A stretch of 64,000 nucleotides of DNA from Candidatus Poseidoniales archaeon (GTDB lineage: Archaea; Thermoplasmatota; Poseidoniia; MGIII; CG-Epi1). Location of the stretch: assembly GCA_045567955.1 (NCBI GenBank), contig JBJLBX010000013.1, forward strand, positions 2,226 to 66,225, written 5' to 3'. Shown piece by piece: positions 31,938 to 42,300 of this stretch (position 1 is its first letter; each line of letters begins with the position of its first letter). Made by a program: the position numbers and the translations under genes. The notes under the pieces are model-generated. The model searched no databases. It was not told the DNA's origin and worked only from the letters and a program-made list of their open reading frames with translations.

Positions 31938-32710
31938 TTGAGGATATCCTTCTTCCAGAACCGCTAACAATATTATCAATTACAATTGTAAGTATTTTAA
32001 TTTCAGGTATCGCTTTTTTTAAGAAAGTATTAGATCAAGGAGGTTCTGCTTTAGCTTTCTTAGTTTGTTTTATAATTGGAACATTGGGTCATTGGAGCTG
32101 GTTATTGATTATGTTAATTTTTGTAGGGAGTGCTTTCTTAGCTACACGATTTGCAATAGTTTACAAAAAAGCTTTAGGAGTTGAAGAGAGTGATGAGGGA
32201 ACTCGTGGCGGTTGGAATGTAATATCTAATGGAATAGTTCCAGCAATTATTGCAGTCCTTTATAGTATTGGATTATTATCTCCAGAACAAGCCTTAGTTG
32301 CTTTCGCAACGGCAGTTGCTGCAGCTATGGCAGATACAATGGCTAGTGAAATTGGCGTTTTATCTCCTGAACCTGTACTGATAACTAATATTCTTGAAAA
32401 AGTAGAACCTGGAACAGACGGAGGTATTTCTTTGGAAGGTACAGTAGCTTCTTTGCTTTCATCAGTTTCAATTTCTATGCTTTCTTTTGCAGCTTTTTTG
32501 ATATTAATTGAAGAAAATCACCCTTTTCATGCGTCTTTTAAAGTAGACTTCTGGTATATTTCATCCTTTTTTGGCTTTTTAGGGTGTATAATTGATTCTT
32601 TATTGGGTGCGACTTTAGAAAAAAAAGGGATTTTAGACAATAATGGCGTAAATTTCTTTTCAATTTCGATAGCTGTAGCGTTTTCTTTACTATTTCTGCC
32701 TTTATTTTAA
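31934..32710 (+). CDS. DUF92/TMEM19-family integral membrane protein
   Basis: 258 aa, polytopic. GTRGGWNVISNG and the overall pattern resemble DUF92. TTG start overlaps the upstream stop. Confidence 0.55.
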   Translation: MIEDILLPEPLTILSITIVSILISGIAFFKKVLDQGGSALAFLVCFIIGTLGHWSWLLIMLIFVGSAFLATRFAIVYKKALGVEESDEGTRGGWNVISNGIVPAIIAVLYSIGLLSPEQALVAFATAVAAAMADTMASEIGVLSPEPVLITNILEKVEPGTDGGISLEGTVASLLSSVSISMLSFAAFLILIEENHPFHASFKVDFWYISSFFGFLGCIIDSLLGATLEKKGILDNNGVNFFSISIAVAFSLLFLPLF

Positions 32711-32724
32711 GATTTTTGCACTTA

Positions 32725-32735
32725 TTTTTATATAT
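32725..32735 (+). promoter_or_regulatory. putative TATA box upstream of thermosome gene
   Basis: TTTTTATATAT centred ~37 nt upstream of the ATG at 32767. Confidence 0.35.
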
Positions 32736-32766
32736 CCTGCCCTTAAGTTCTATTTAGTGATAAATA

Positions 32767-34410
32767 ATGATACCCGGTAATTCACCAGTAGTAATACTTA
32801 AGGAAGGAACAAAAAGAGATAGTGGCCGTAGAGCCACACACAATAATATAGCTGCAGCCAAAGCAATTGCTGAAGCAGTTAGATCAACATTAGGGCCTAA
32901 AGGTATGGATAAGATGCTTGTAGATTCGATGGGTGACGTCGTAATAACTAATGATGGTGTTACCATACTAAAAGAGGTAGAAGTAGAACATCCTGCAGCT
33001 AAAATGGTTGTAGAAATTGCTAAAACTCAGGATTCTGAATGTGGGGACGGTACTACAACAGCAGTAATTTTAGCAGGGGAACTTTTGAAAAATGCTGAGG
33101 AATTACTTGAGAAAGGAGTGCATCCAACGGCCATATCTAATGGTTATCGGAAAGCTTCTCAAGAATCTTTAAGATTATTGGAAAAAATATCGAGGCCAAT
33201 TAGTAAGAATGATACCTCTACCTTGAAAGCTATTGCAATAACTTCAATGACTGGAAAGTCTTCAGAAGCTAATGCAGATTTCTTAGCAGATTTAACTGTA
33301 AGAGCAGTAAAGATGGTTTCAGAAGGTAGCGGCAAACAAATCACAGTTGATCGTGATAATATAAAAATACAGAAGAAACACGGTGTTTCCATCTCCGATA
33401 CTGAATTAGTCTCAGGAATTATAATGGATAAAGAACCAGTTCATACTGGAATGCCAACTCAAGTATCCAAAGCTAAGGTAGCATTAATTGATGCACCACT
33501 TGAGATTAAAAAGACAGAAATAGAATCTAAAATACAGATAAATGATCCCTCACAAATTCAAGCATTTTTAGACCAAGAAGAAGCTTCAATTAAGAAAATG
33601 GTAGATCAAATAAATAAAACAAAAGCCAATGTATTAATTTGTCAGAAAGGTATTGATGATCTTGCTCAACACTATTTGGCTAAATATGGAATAATGGCAA
33701 TTAGGAGAGCTAAGAAATCAGATATTGAAGCTCTGGCAAAGGCAACCGGTGGGAGAGTAGTTTCTAATCTTGAGGCAATAAGTAGAGATGACTTAGGTTT
33801 TGCAGGTTTAGTAGAGGTTAGAAAAGTGGGAGATGACGATATGACTTTCGTAACTGACTGTAAAAATCCAAAAGCAGTTTCAATTTTGGTTAGAGGAGGT
33901 AGTGAGCATGTTGTAGATGAAATTGAACGTAATCTTGATGATGCTATAGGTGTTGTATCTCTTGTTGTTAAAGACGGTAAAATTGTTACTGGTGGCGGTG
34001 CAGTTGAGATTGAATTAGGTCTTAAATTAAGAAAATATGCACCCAGAATAGGAGGTCGCGAGCAGATGGCTTTTGAATCCTTTGCACAAGCAGTAGAAGT
34101 AGTACCTAGTACACTAGCTGAGAATGCAGGTTTAGATGTAATAGATACATTAATGGGATTACGAAAAGCACATACACAAAAAGGCCGTAATCCACATGCA
34201 GGTTTGGATGCATATACTGGTAAAGTAGTTAATATGAAATCGAGAAATGTTGTTGAACCACTAAGAGTAAAAACTCAGGCTTTGAGCAGTGCAACTGATG
34301 TAGCAACCATGATATTACGAATTGATGATGTTATAGCTTCTAAGCAACCTGAAGGTCCTCCACCAGATGGTGGGGATGGAATGGGTGGTATGCCTCCCGG
34401 TATGATGTAA
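32767..34410 (+). CDS. ths: thermosome subunit (group II chaperonin)
   Basis: [20 protein letters not shown] and GDGTTT, with a C-terminal [11 protein letters not shown] tail. Confidence 0.95.
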   Translation: MIPGNSPVVILKEGTKRDSGRRATHNNIAAAKAIAEAVRSTLGPKGMDKMLVDSMGDVVITNDGVTILKEVEVEHPAAKMVVEIAKTQDSECGDGTTTAVILAGELLKNAEELLEKGVHPTAISNGYRKASQESLRLLEKISRPISKNDTSTLKAIAITSMTGKSSEANADFLADLTVRAVKMVSEGSGKQITVDRDNIKIQKKHGVSISDTELVSGIIMDKEPVHTGMPTQVSKAKVALIDAPLEIKKTEIESKIQINDPSQIQAFLDQEEASIKKMVDQINKTKANVLICQKGIDDLAQHYLAKYGIMAIRRAKKSDIEALAKATGGRVVSNLEAISRDDLGFAGLVEVRKVGDDDMTFVTDCKNPKAVSILVRGGSEHVVDEIERNLDDAIGVVSLVVKDGKIVTGGGAVEIELGLKLRKYAPRIGGREQMAFESFAQAVEVVPSTLAENAGLDVIDTLMGLRKAHTQKGRNPHAGLDAYTGKVVNMKSRNVVEPLRVKTQALSSATDVATMILRIDDVIASKQPEGPPPDGGDGMGGMPPGMM

Positions 34411-34412
34411 AA

Positions 34413-37070
34413 TTAATTCCTTGCAGGATTCGGTGTGTCTGGGTCAATATCTAAGCTTTTTAAGGCTGCTTTAGCTTTTGCTTCAGATAATTCACCTTCA
34501 GTTAGAAGAGTGCTTATTGTTGCTGCAACAATATATTGAGAATCAATTTCAAAGAATTTTCTTAAGTTCTCTCTCGTGTCACTCCTTCCAAATCCATCAG
34601 TTCCTAGAGATACATATTTTCCAGGTATCCATTTTTGGATCATATCAGGGACTGCCTTTACATGGTCTGTAGAGGCAATTGTAACCAACTTTTTTGTCAT
34701 CACTTTTGAGATATAGGGTATTTTTTGTTTTTTCGTAGGATTCAACAAGTTCCATCGCTCACATTCAACTGCATCTCTTCGTAAACCTCCAAAACTTGTA
34801 GCACTCCATACTTCAGTTTTAATATCTAATTTTTCCAACATTTTTTGTGCTAACAAAACCTGTTGCATTATTGATCCACTGCCAATTAGTCGAGCTTTTG
34901 GTTTTGATGCATTTTTGAACTTGTAAATTCCCTTGATGATGCCTTCTTCACAATCCTTTGGTATTGCTGGCATTTGATAGTTTTCATTGTATAAAGTAAG
35001 ATAATATAGTAAATCTTCATTATTATCATACATTCTTCTTAATCCTTCCTTAATAATAACTCCAATTTCATAAGCAAAGGCGGCATCATATGATATACAA
35101 TTTGGGACTGTATCTGCTACTAACAAGCTATGACCGTCTTGATGTTGTAACCCTTCACCGTTTAGAGTAGTTCTTCCAGCAGTAGCTCCCAATAGGAAAC
35201 CTTTTGCTCTTGAATCTGCAGCACACCATATTTGATCACCAACACGCTGGAATCCAAACATTGAATAATAGATATAGAATGGTATTGTTGGTTTACCTAT
35301 TGTGGAATAAGCCATTCCTGCGGCTGTAAAGCTACTCATAGCTCCAGCTTCTGAAATCCCTTCCTCTAATATTTGGCCATTTTTTGCTTCTTTATAACTT
35401 AGTAATAATTTTGAATCTACAGGTGTATATGTTTGTCCTTGAGAAGTATATATTTTGAATTCAGTGAATAAGGCTTCCATTCCAAAGGTTCTTGCTTCGT
35501 CGGGAACAATAGGAACAATTAAGTCACCAATTTGTTCATCCTTCATCAAGTTTCTAAGTAGTCTTACAAATGCCATCGTCGTTGAAACTTCTTGTTCTTT
35601 AGGAGTTCCTTTATCGAATTCAGAAAACACTTGATTTGTAGGCATTTGGAATCCACTGTATGTTGCATTACGTTTTGGCAGAGGTCCTCCAAGTTTTTCT
35701 CTTTGGTGCTTTAAATATTTAATTTCAGGACTATCTGCAGCAGGTTTGTAATATGGCATATCTTCTAACTCAGAATCAGTGAATGGAATTTCTAGTAGAT
35801 CTCTAAAGTATTGCCAATCAGATTTATCTAAACCTTTCTTTTGGTGAGTCATATTTCGAGCTTCAAATGCTTTTCCTAGGGACCAACCCTTAACTGTTTT
35901 AGCTAGTATAACAGTAGGTTGATTTTTATGGTTAATAGCTTCATTATATGCTGCAAATAATTTTGTTGAGTCGTGGCCACCTCTCCTTAATCTAGCTAAA
36001 GTATTATCGTCTAAGTCTTCAACTAATTTCTGTAATTCAGGTTCAGGGCCAAAGAAATTTTGTCTAATATAGTCGCCTGAGGATGCAGCAAGATTTTGGT
36101 AGTCACCATCAACGGTTTTCTCCATTTTCTTTAATAAATGACCCATCTCATCCTTTTGTAATAATGGATCCCAATCTTTACCCCATAATACTTTTAGAAC
36201 ATTCCATCCAGAACCTCTAAAGATAGCCTCAAGTTCTTGTATGATTTTTCCATTTCCTCTAACAGGTCCGTCTAATCTCTGCAAGTTACAATTTATTACG
36301 AAGGTAAGATTATCTAATTTTTCACGATGAGCTAAATGAAGTGCATGCAAAGTTTCAGGTTCATCACACTCTCCGTCACCCAAAAAAGCCCAAACTCGGC
36401 TATTTGAGGTGTCACAAATACCTCTTTCATGTGCGTATCTTAGAAATCTAGCATGATAAATTGCATTAGTTGGTCCTAATCCCATTGATACAGTAGGAAA
36501 TTCCCAGAAATCGGGCATAAGTCTAGGATGTGGATAGCTTGATAGTCCATCATCAAAAGATTCTCTTCTGAAGTGGTCAAGTTGTTCTTCGCTTAATCTC
36601 CCTTCAATAAATGCTCTTGAATAGATTCCAGGTGAAGCATGTCCTTGAAAATAGATAAAGTCACCTAATCCATTGTCTTTTCCTTTAAAAAAATGCTGAA
36701 AACCGACTTCATAAAGGCTAGACGCAGAAGCGTATGTAGAGATATGACCGCCAAGACCTGCGAAATTTTTATTGGCTTTTGAAACCATCATAGCAGCATT
36801 CCACCTAATCATCCTTCTTATTTTCTTTTCTAGTATTTCATCACCAGGATATTCAGGTTCTGATTCAGGTGGAATTGTATTTACATAAGGACTGTTTGTA
36901 AGCAAGGGTATTGCGATATTTCGGTCCCGAGCTTCTCTGATTAAAGTTTGTAAAAGGTATCTAGCTCTTTCATCACCTTTCAAGTCGATTATAGAGGCTA
37001 TAGAATCAATCCATTCCTCAGTTTCCTGGGGATCTCTGTCTGGCAATTGTTGACGATATCCTTTTTTCAT
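34413..37070 (-). CDS. aceE: homodimeric-type 2-oxoacid (pyruvate) dehydrogenase E1 component
   Basis: 885 aa, co-linear with recalled E. coli AceE (YVNTIPPESEPEYPGDEILEKKIRRMIRWNAAMMV vs [35 protein letters not shown]). ThDP motif GDGECDEPE...NLQRLDGPV. Confidence 0.9.
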   Translation of the reverse strand: MKKGYRQQLPDRDPQETEEWIDSIASIIDLKGDERARYLLQTLIREARDRNIAIPLLTNSPYVNTIPPESEPEYPGDEILEKKIRRMIRWNAAMMVSKANKNFAGLGGHISTYASASSLYEVGFQHFFKGKDNGLGDFIYFQGHASPGIYSRAFIEGRLSEEQLDHFRRESFDDGLSSYPHPRLMPDFWEFPTVSMGLGPTNAIYHARFLRYAHERGICDTSNSRVWAFLGDGECDEPETLHALHLAHREKLDNLTFVINCNLQRLDGPVRGNGKIIQELEAIFRGSGWNVLKVLWGKDWDPLLQKDEMGHLLKKMEKTVDGDYQNLAASSGDYIRQNFFGPEPELQKLVEDLDDNTLARLRRGGHDSTKLFAAYNEAINHKNQPTVILAKTVKGWSLGKAFEARNMTHQKKGLDKSDWQYFRDLLEIPFTDSELEDMPYYKPAADSPEIKYLKHQREKLGGPLPKRNATYSGFQMPTNQVFSEFDKGTPKEQEVSTTMAFVRLLRNLMKDEQIGDLIVPIVPDEARTFGMEALFTEFKIYTSQGQTYTPVDSKLLLSYKEAKNGQILEEGISEAGAMSSFTAAGMAYSTIGKPTIPFYIYYSMFGFQRVGDQIWCAADSRAKGFLLGATAGRTTLNGEGLQHQDGHSLLVADTVPNCISYDAAFAYEIGVIIKEGLRRMYDNNEDLLYYLTLYNENYQMPAIPKDCEEGIIKGIYKFKNASKPKARLIGSGSIMQQVLLAQKMLEKLDIKTEVWSATSFGGLRRDAVECERWNLLNPTKKQKIPYISKVMTKKLVTIASTDHVKAVPDMIQKWIPGKYVSLGTDGFGRSDTRENLRKFFEIDSQYIVAATISTLLTEGELSEAKAKAALKSLDIDPDTPNPARN

Positions 37071-37112
37071 AAGTGTTAACCTTTTTAGTTTATTATAATA
37101 ATGGTATTTATA

Positions 37113-38186
37113 TCATTTAGAATCAAAAACGGTACTTAAGTTACGACCCTTTCTCTTCTCATTTTTCATTTTATTGAATATATATCCTACCAGTAGTGGA
37201 AAAAATACAGAAGCTTCCCCCCATATCATTATGTCTTCCATATTTTTATCGTTTTTACCCCAAGATATTGCTTCTCTAAGCGTTGAACCCGATAAACCTC
37301 CATCTCTTTGATCTGCAGTGCTAATTTGTATTCCAAATTTGTGTTTATCTACATTATAACCTAGCATTTCAGCCATTACTACAGAGTCTTGTGAATAATT
37401 CTTAGGTACACCTCCACCTACAATAATTATTCCAGAATCACCGCATTCACTTTTCAAGAAAGCTATTTCCTTTAAATCTTTAATTGAGTCGATACTCATA
37501 TTTTCTTTTTTGTTATTTTGTATAGCTAAACCAATACCGATTGAACAATCATTTATTGCAGGAATAAAGATAGGGATATTTTTTTCGAAAGCAGCCTGCA
37601 TTACACTATCTTGAACACCTTTAGCTTCACTTAGCCATTTACCAGATAAGCGCATAAATTCACGGCTTGAGTATAATTTAGGTTGGATACTTTCAGCTAT
37701 TCTTTTGAATGTAATATCTACTTGTCTTAAAGCGATTTCATCCAGTAAATGGTCGTAAACACGATCAATATATAATTCTTGTAGTTCTCCGTCATCGATT
37801 TTTGCATCACAGATGTAATGTTTGTGGCCTAAAGCTTCAAGCATATCTTGCTCAAATAGAGCTCCAGTACAAACTAAGGCGTCTACTAAATTATTTCTTA
37901 TTGCATCTATGGTTATTTGTCTTAGACCTGCGCTAAAAATACTTCCAGAAAGGGACCAAATAATAGCTGTGTCAGTTTGTATATGTTTATGATATAGTTC
38001 AGCAGCTTTACCCAGATTTCGAGCTTCAAAACTAGAATTTGCAAATGCCTCTATTAATGTAGTAAAATCCGAGTGTTCATTGATACTAATCTGTTTGACT
38101 TGTTTATGAAGGAGACTTTTCTTCCGTAATTCCTGTTTTTTAGTTAGTTCCATATTAGGCATACTAGGTATCTCATTTTGTTTCAT
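37113..38186 (-). CDS. dys: deoxyhypusine synthase
   Basis: 357 aa with GGGVPKNY and ISTADQRDGGLSGSTLREAISWGK signatures. Confidence 0.85.
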   Translation of the reverse strand: MKQNEIPSMPNMELTKKQELRKKSLLHKQVKQISINEHSDFTTLIEAFANSSFEARNLGKAAELYHKHIQTDTAIIWSLSGSIFSAGLRQITIDAIRNNLVDALVCTGALFEQDMLEALGHKHYICDAKIDDGELQELYIDRVYDHLLDEIALRQVDITFKRIAESIQPKLYSSREFMRLSGKWLSEAKGVQDSVMQAAFEKNIPIFIPAINDCSIGIGLAIQNNKKENMSIDSIKDLKEIAFLKSECGDSGIIIVGGGVPKNYSQDSVVMAEMLGYNVDKHKFGIQISTADQRDGGLSGSTLREAISWGKNDKNMEDIMIWGEASVFFPLLVGYIFNKMKNEKRKGRNLSTVFDSK

Positions 38187-38548
38187 GCTATGCTACCTTC
38201 AGTAAAGATTAACTTGTTTTTTTCTCTTATTTTTAATGCATTTAGTTTTAATGATTTTAATTGTTTTAGTATTTCTTTATCATTTGTAGCAATAATATGG
38301 CCTTTTTTTGCAGCTAAAACTAGCATATCATCAGCATATCCCTCACCTATATTTTTCTGTTTAAGTTTCTTGCAAATTTCAAGTGCAGCTAAAGATTCTT
38401 TTGTTTTTAGTTTTTCTAATTCAAATATTATACAAGTAGGAATAACTATATCATAGTTAGGAGCAACATCAGCAATAGCTTCTCTAAAATCAGGTCCTCC
38501 ACTAAATGTCCATAGAATAATATTTGTATCTACGAGAATGGTTTTCAT
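38183..38548 (-). CDS. PIN-domain nuclease (Fcf1/Utp24-like)
   Basis: 121 aa. The N-terminus ILVDTNIIL carries the first acidic PIN residue, with ATND later. It sits in the typical archaeal position downstream of aIF2-gamma. Confidence 0.7.
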   Translation of the reverse strand: MKTILVDTNIILWTFSGGPDFREAIADVAPNYDIVIPTCIIFELEKLKTKESLAALEICKKLKQKNIGEGYADDMLVLAAKKGHIIATNDKEILKQLKSLKLNALKIREKNKLIFTEGSIA

Positions 38549-39768
38549 TCCTTAATTATTCCGTATCCAATTAAATGCCACTTATTATCTACTCTTCTAC
38601 TAAGAGCAATTCTCTGACCCACTGGTGCGCAAACAGGTATTGTTAAATTTATGTCAACAACATTATCTCTAACTTTTATTGGAACACCAACAGTTGTTCT
38701 AGTGCCAACAGTTAGGACTAGAGGTTCTCTCGTTTTTAACTCATCAACACTTTGAATATTTTTAGTTCCAACGACTCTATCAAGCAGCGTTGTTTCTACA
38801 CTTATTTCATTCCAAACTGGAGGTAGTGTGCCAGGTTTTCCAATTACATTTCCAAGTAAGGAGTCCGATTTAGTTGTGGCTGGATCTAGGGTTGTACCAA
38901 TTGCTACTAATCCACCAGGTCCTAATGTATCTCTTGATACTCCACTGTGTAAGCTACTAACCTCAGTAGTGATAGGTTCCAATCCTTTCTTTGTTGTTCT
39001 ACCGGGCCGGATTTCAATTTCATCTCCAATGTCAATTTTACCAACGCTAATTGTTCCTCCTAAAACACCTCCTTTAATGTTCTTAGGTATTGTACCGGGA
39101 CGATTAATATCAAAAGAACGAGCGATATTCATTTGGAAATTATTTTTTAAATCTTTTGGAGGGGTCGGAAATAATTCTTCTATAGCTTCTATCAAGAAGT
39201 CAATGTTTCGGTTATGGTGAGCTGAAACTGGTATTATGTGTGAATCTTTTAGTGGTGAATCTTTAATGAATTCTTTTATTTCATTGTAAGACTCAAAAGC
39301 TCTTTCTTTTGAGCAAACATCAATTTTATTCTGAACAATTATGATTTTATCAAAACCCATATTTTCAAGCGCAGATAGATGTTCTCTTGTTTGCGGTTGT
39401 GGACATTCTTCATTTGCAGCAATAACTAAAATTGCTGAATCCATAATGGCTGCACCACTTAGCATAACTGCCATGAATGTTTCGTGGCCCGGTGCGTCAA
39501 CAAAGCTTACAGTACGGAGGTGTTCTAGTTTTCCACCTTTGAATTCATCTTTTTCAGGTTGAGAAGTATAATATACTTTTCCATTTTTCATTTTGACTTT
39601 ATAGAAATCTGCGTCAGCATATCCCAATTTAATGGATATGCCTCTCTTCATTTCCTCGCTGTGTTGATCAGTCCATTTACCTGTTAATGCTTGGGTAAGA
39701 GTAGTTTTTCCATGATCAACATGCCCCACCATTCCGATATTTATCTCGGGTTGAGGGGATACAGTCAA
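38545..39768 (-). CDS. eif2g: translation initiation factor aIF2 gamma subunit
   Basis: GTPase motifs GHVDHGKTTL, DAPGHE and NKID. 407 aa three-domain layout. Confidence 0.95.
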   Translation of the reverse strand: MTVSPQPEINIGMVGHVDHGKTTLTQALTGKWTDQHSEEMKRGISIKLGYADADFYKVKMKNGKVYYTSQPEKDEFKGGKLEHLRTVSFVDAPGHETFMAVMLSGAAIMDSAILVIAANEECPQPQTREHLSALENMGFDKIIIVQNKIDVCSKERAFESYNEIKEFIKDSPLKDSHIIPVSAHHNRNIDFLIEAIEELFPTPPKDLKNNFQMNIARSFDINRPGTIPKNIKGGVLGGTISVGKIDIGDEIEIRPGRTTKKGLEPITTEVSSLHSGVSRDTLGPGGLVAIGTTLDPATTKSDSLLGNVIGKPGTLPPVWNEISVETTLLDRVVGTKNIQSVDELKTREPLVLTVGTRTTVGVPIKVRDNVVDINLTIPVCAPVGQRIALSRRVDNKWHLIGYGIIKE

Positions 39769-39769
39769 G

Positions 39770-40159
39770 TTAAGCCACCTCTGGGTTCAATAACTCCTCT
39801 ATAGTTTTAGGTCCATATTCAATAACTTTCAAATTTACTTGAGAAATATCACTACTTAGACTACGACCTCTAATCAGTTTTCTTTTTCTTTGTCCACCAC
39901 GAAGTGGATTAAATCCAACTGAATCCTTCATAAGAAGACGTCTTCTTTGGCTCCCTTGGATGTCGCCACGCATAGGGACTCCAGATTTATCTGAGCCTCC
40001 TGTTATTTTTAATCGGTATCCGGGTAAGTCTAAGAAAATACCATCAATTTCTTCACCAACATATTTTCCAACAAGAGCGTTAGATTTCTCTTCAGGCAGA
40101 ATTTTTTGGTGCGTTATTTTATTTTTTGGATCGGCTATTACGGTTTTGAACTCAGTCAT
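39770..40159 (-). CDS. rps6e: ribosomal protein S6e (eS6)
   Basis: 129 aa. GYRLKITGGSDKSGVPMRGDIQG...RRRLL matches the S6e pattern. Confidence 0.9.
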   Translation of the reverse strand: MTEFKTVIADPKNKITHQKILPEEKSNALVGKYVGEEIDGIFLDLPGYRLKITGGSDKSGVPMRGDIQGSQRRRLLMKDSVGFNPLRGGQRKRKLIRGRSLSSDISQVNLKVIEYGPKTIEELLNPEVA

Positions 40160-40252
40160 ATCTCACCTTGAGTATATTTTGCTGATAAAAGCTAATATTT
40201 AAAGAATATTGTGAAAAGTAACAATTAAATACTAGATAATAGAATATGTTAC

Positions 40253-41344
40253 ATGGGATTGTTGGTAATCGCGATAGATAGGGACAATGATTTGGGTCGT
40301 AAGACTGGAATTAGAAGTCCGGTTTTAGGGCGCGAACCAAATGTTAAAGCAGCTTTAGAATTAGGTCTTTCAGATCCTGAAGAGAGCGATACTAACACAA
40401 TGTTAGCTGCAATTAAAACATATGATGAGTTATTAGAGGCTGGTGAAAAAGTAGAGATTGTAACCATATGTGGTGATGTAAGAGTTGGAACCAAATCTGA
40501 CATGAAAATAGCAAATATACTAGATCAAGTTATCGTTAAAACAAAATCAACAAGAGCAATTCTAGTTAGTGATGGAGCTGAAGATAGAGAATTAGAACCC
40601 ATTATTCGTTCACGTTTACGTATAGATTCAACTAGGATGGTTGTTGTGCAACAATCTAGACCTATAGAAGATACATTTTATACAATAGTTCATAAAATGG
40701 AAGATCCTAAAATCCAAAGACAGTTTATTTTCCCACTGGCACTTGTTGCTTTTGTGTATGGTTTATTGAAATGGTTTGGTCTTTCAGATATAGCCTCTGG
40801 AGCAATATGGGTTGTTTTGGGAGGGTATCTTTTGATTAAAGTGGCAGGTTGGGAGGATGCAATACGTAATTTTTATACTGAATTATTGACAGTTACAAGT
40901 GAAAGAGTTTCTTTTTTCTCATATGCTTGGTTAATAGCTTCCTTATTGATGATTGTTGGAATAACTAGAGGTTTAGATCAAATGCAAGAAGTATCGAGTC
41001 AGGGGGCATTGGCAATGGTTTTAGCTTTTATGTCTATTGATGGCGTTCTTTTACTTCTTTTAGGTTCTTTAATAGTTATAGAAGTAGCTAGAACTATAGA
41101 TACTTACCTAAGAGATAATGTTTTTAATATAAATATTATTAGATTTGTTTTCACAGTGGCCAGTATGGGTCTGATTGTAGCAGGTACTATTGAAATCATT
41201 AATGACTTATTTGTTCAGGATAATTTTGAATCTTATAATGTTCAATATATTTTATCAGGAATAATTTTAGCTTTTCTGGGTCTTTTGGTTCACGATAGTA
41301 TCCGTGAAAGGGTTGACGAAAAGTTACTACCTAATGAAGAGTAA
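40253..41344 (+). CDS. DUF373-family archaeal membrane protein
   Basis: The N-terminal soluble domain begins LLVIAIDRDNDLGRKTGIRSPVLGRE...DPEESDTN, followed by ~7 TM helices. The family call is from memory. Confidence 0.55.
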   Translation: MGLLVIAIDRDNDLGRKTGIRSPVLGREPNVKAALELGLSDPEESDTNTMLAAIKTYDELLEAGEKVEIVTICGDVRVGTKSDMKIANILDQVIVKTKSTRAILVSDGAEDRELEPIIRSRLRIDSTRMVVVQQSRPIEDTFYTIVHKMEDPKIQRQFIFPLALVAFVYGLLKWFGLSDIASGAIWVVLGGYLLIKVAGWEDAIRNFYTELLTVTSERVSFFSYAWLIASLLMIVGITRGLDQMQEVSSQGALAMVLAFMSIDGVLLLLLGSLIVIEVARTIDTYLRDNVFNINIIRFVFTVASMGLIVAGTIEIINDLFVQDNFESYNVQYILSGIILAFLGLLVHDSIRERVDEKLLPNEE

Positions 41345-41878
41345 GTGATTATGCGTTTTTGTCATGTTTTGCGGATTGGTCACCGTCCTGAAAGAGATAA
41401 AAGAATTACAACACATGTGGCGTTAACTGCAAGAGCTTTTGGTGCCAAAAAGATGTATCTGCATAGGTCAGATAGTAGAGTGATTGAAACAGTTTCTGAT
41501 GTAGTAACTAAATTTGGAGGAGATTTTATTATTGAGACAACGAGTAATCCCAAAAAAATTTTAAGGGATTGGAGTGGGAAAATAATACATTTAACAATGT
41601 TTGGACTCCCAATAGATGATAATCTAGTTGAAATTAGAAGTGTAAAAGAGCCAATATTAGTAGTTGTAGGGGCTGAAAAAGTTCCACCCTGGGTTTTTGA
41701 ATATTCTAATTTCAATATAGCGATAGGTAGTCAGCCACATTCTGAAGTTTCAGCTTTAGCAATTGCCCTTTCAAAGATAAATGATGATTCGTACAATCAT
41801 AATTTTGAGGGTCCAATTCAAGTAATCCCTTCTGGTGAAAGGCGAAACATGGTTGACATTTCTAAATCTAAAGATTAA
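41345..41878 (+). CDS. trm56: tRNA (cytidine56-2'-O)-methyltransferase
   Basis: VLRIGHRPERDKRITTHVALTARAFGA is the aTrm56 (SPOUT) N-terminal signature. 177 aa. Confidence 0.85.
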   Translation: MIMRFCHVLRIGHRPERDKRITTHVALTARAFGAKKMYLHRSDSRVIETVSDVVTKFGGDFIIETTSNPKKILRDWSGKIIHLTMFGLPIDDNLVEIRSVKEPILVVVGAEKVPPWVFEYSNFNIAIGSQPHSEVSALAIALSKINDDSYNHNFEGPIQVIPSGERRNMVDISKSKD

Positions 41879-42270
41879 TTATCATCTTCTTTTTTTTCAC
41901 TTGATACTAGGGTTATTTCGATAAATGACATACGGAAAGTGCCTTTTTTGTCTTTTTTAGGAACCTCTTCAGTTCCAATATCTACATTTTTAACTTCCGA
42001 TTTAATTTCGTTTTTAAATCTATTTCTGAATTGTTCAGCTACATTAACTGCATTTGAAATTGATTTTCCCCTAGCTTTCAGTTTAACTTCATCAATCTCA
42101 GGTCGGTCAAAATAAGACATAAGATCAGGGAAATATAGGAAAGGGTCTTCTGAACCAATGAAAACAATGCCGCATCGACCTTCAGTTTTAGTATTGACTC
42201 TAAATCTCCTTTTAGAGTATTTATTTTTTGACTTATCTGGTTTTGACTTCTTTTCAATTTTCTTTGTCAT
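41875..42270 (-). CDS. albA: Alba-family DNA/RNA-binding protein with basic N-terminal extension
   Basis: Core LKARGKSISNAVNVAEQFRNRF...DIGTEE...SFIEITL matches the Alba pattern. Lys-rich N-terminus. Confidence 0.7.
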   Translation of the reverse strand: MTKKIEKKSKPDKSKNKYSKRRFRVNTKTEGRCGIVFIGSEDPFLYFPDLMSYFDRPEIDEVKLKARGKSISNAVNVAEQFRNRFKNEIKSEVKNVDIGTEEVPKKDKKGTFRMSFIEITLVSSEKKEDDN

Positions 42271-42300
42271 TTGACTTCCACTCCACAGTCCGATGTTTCT

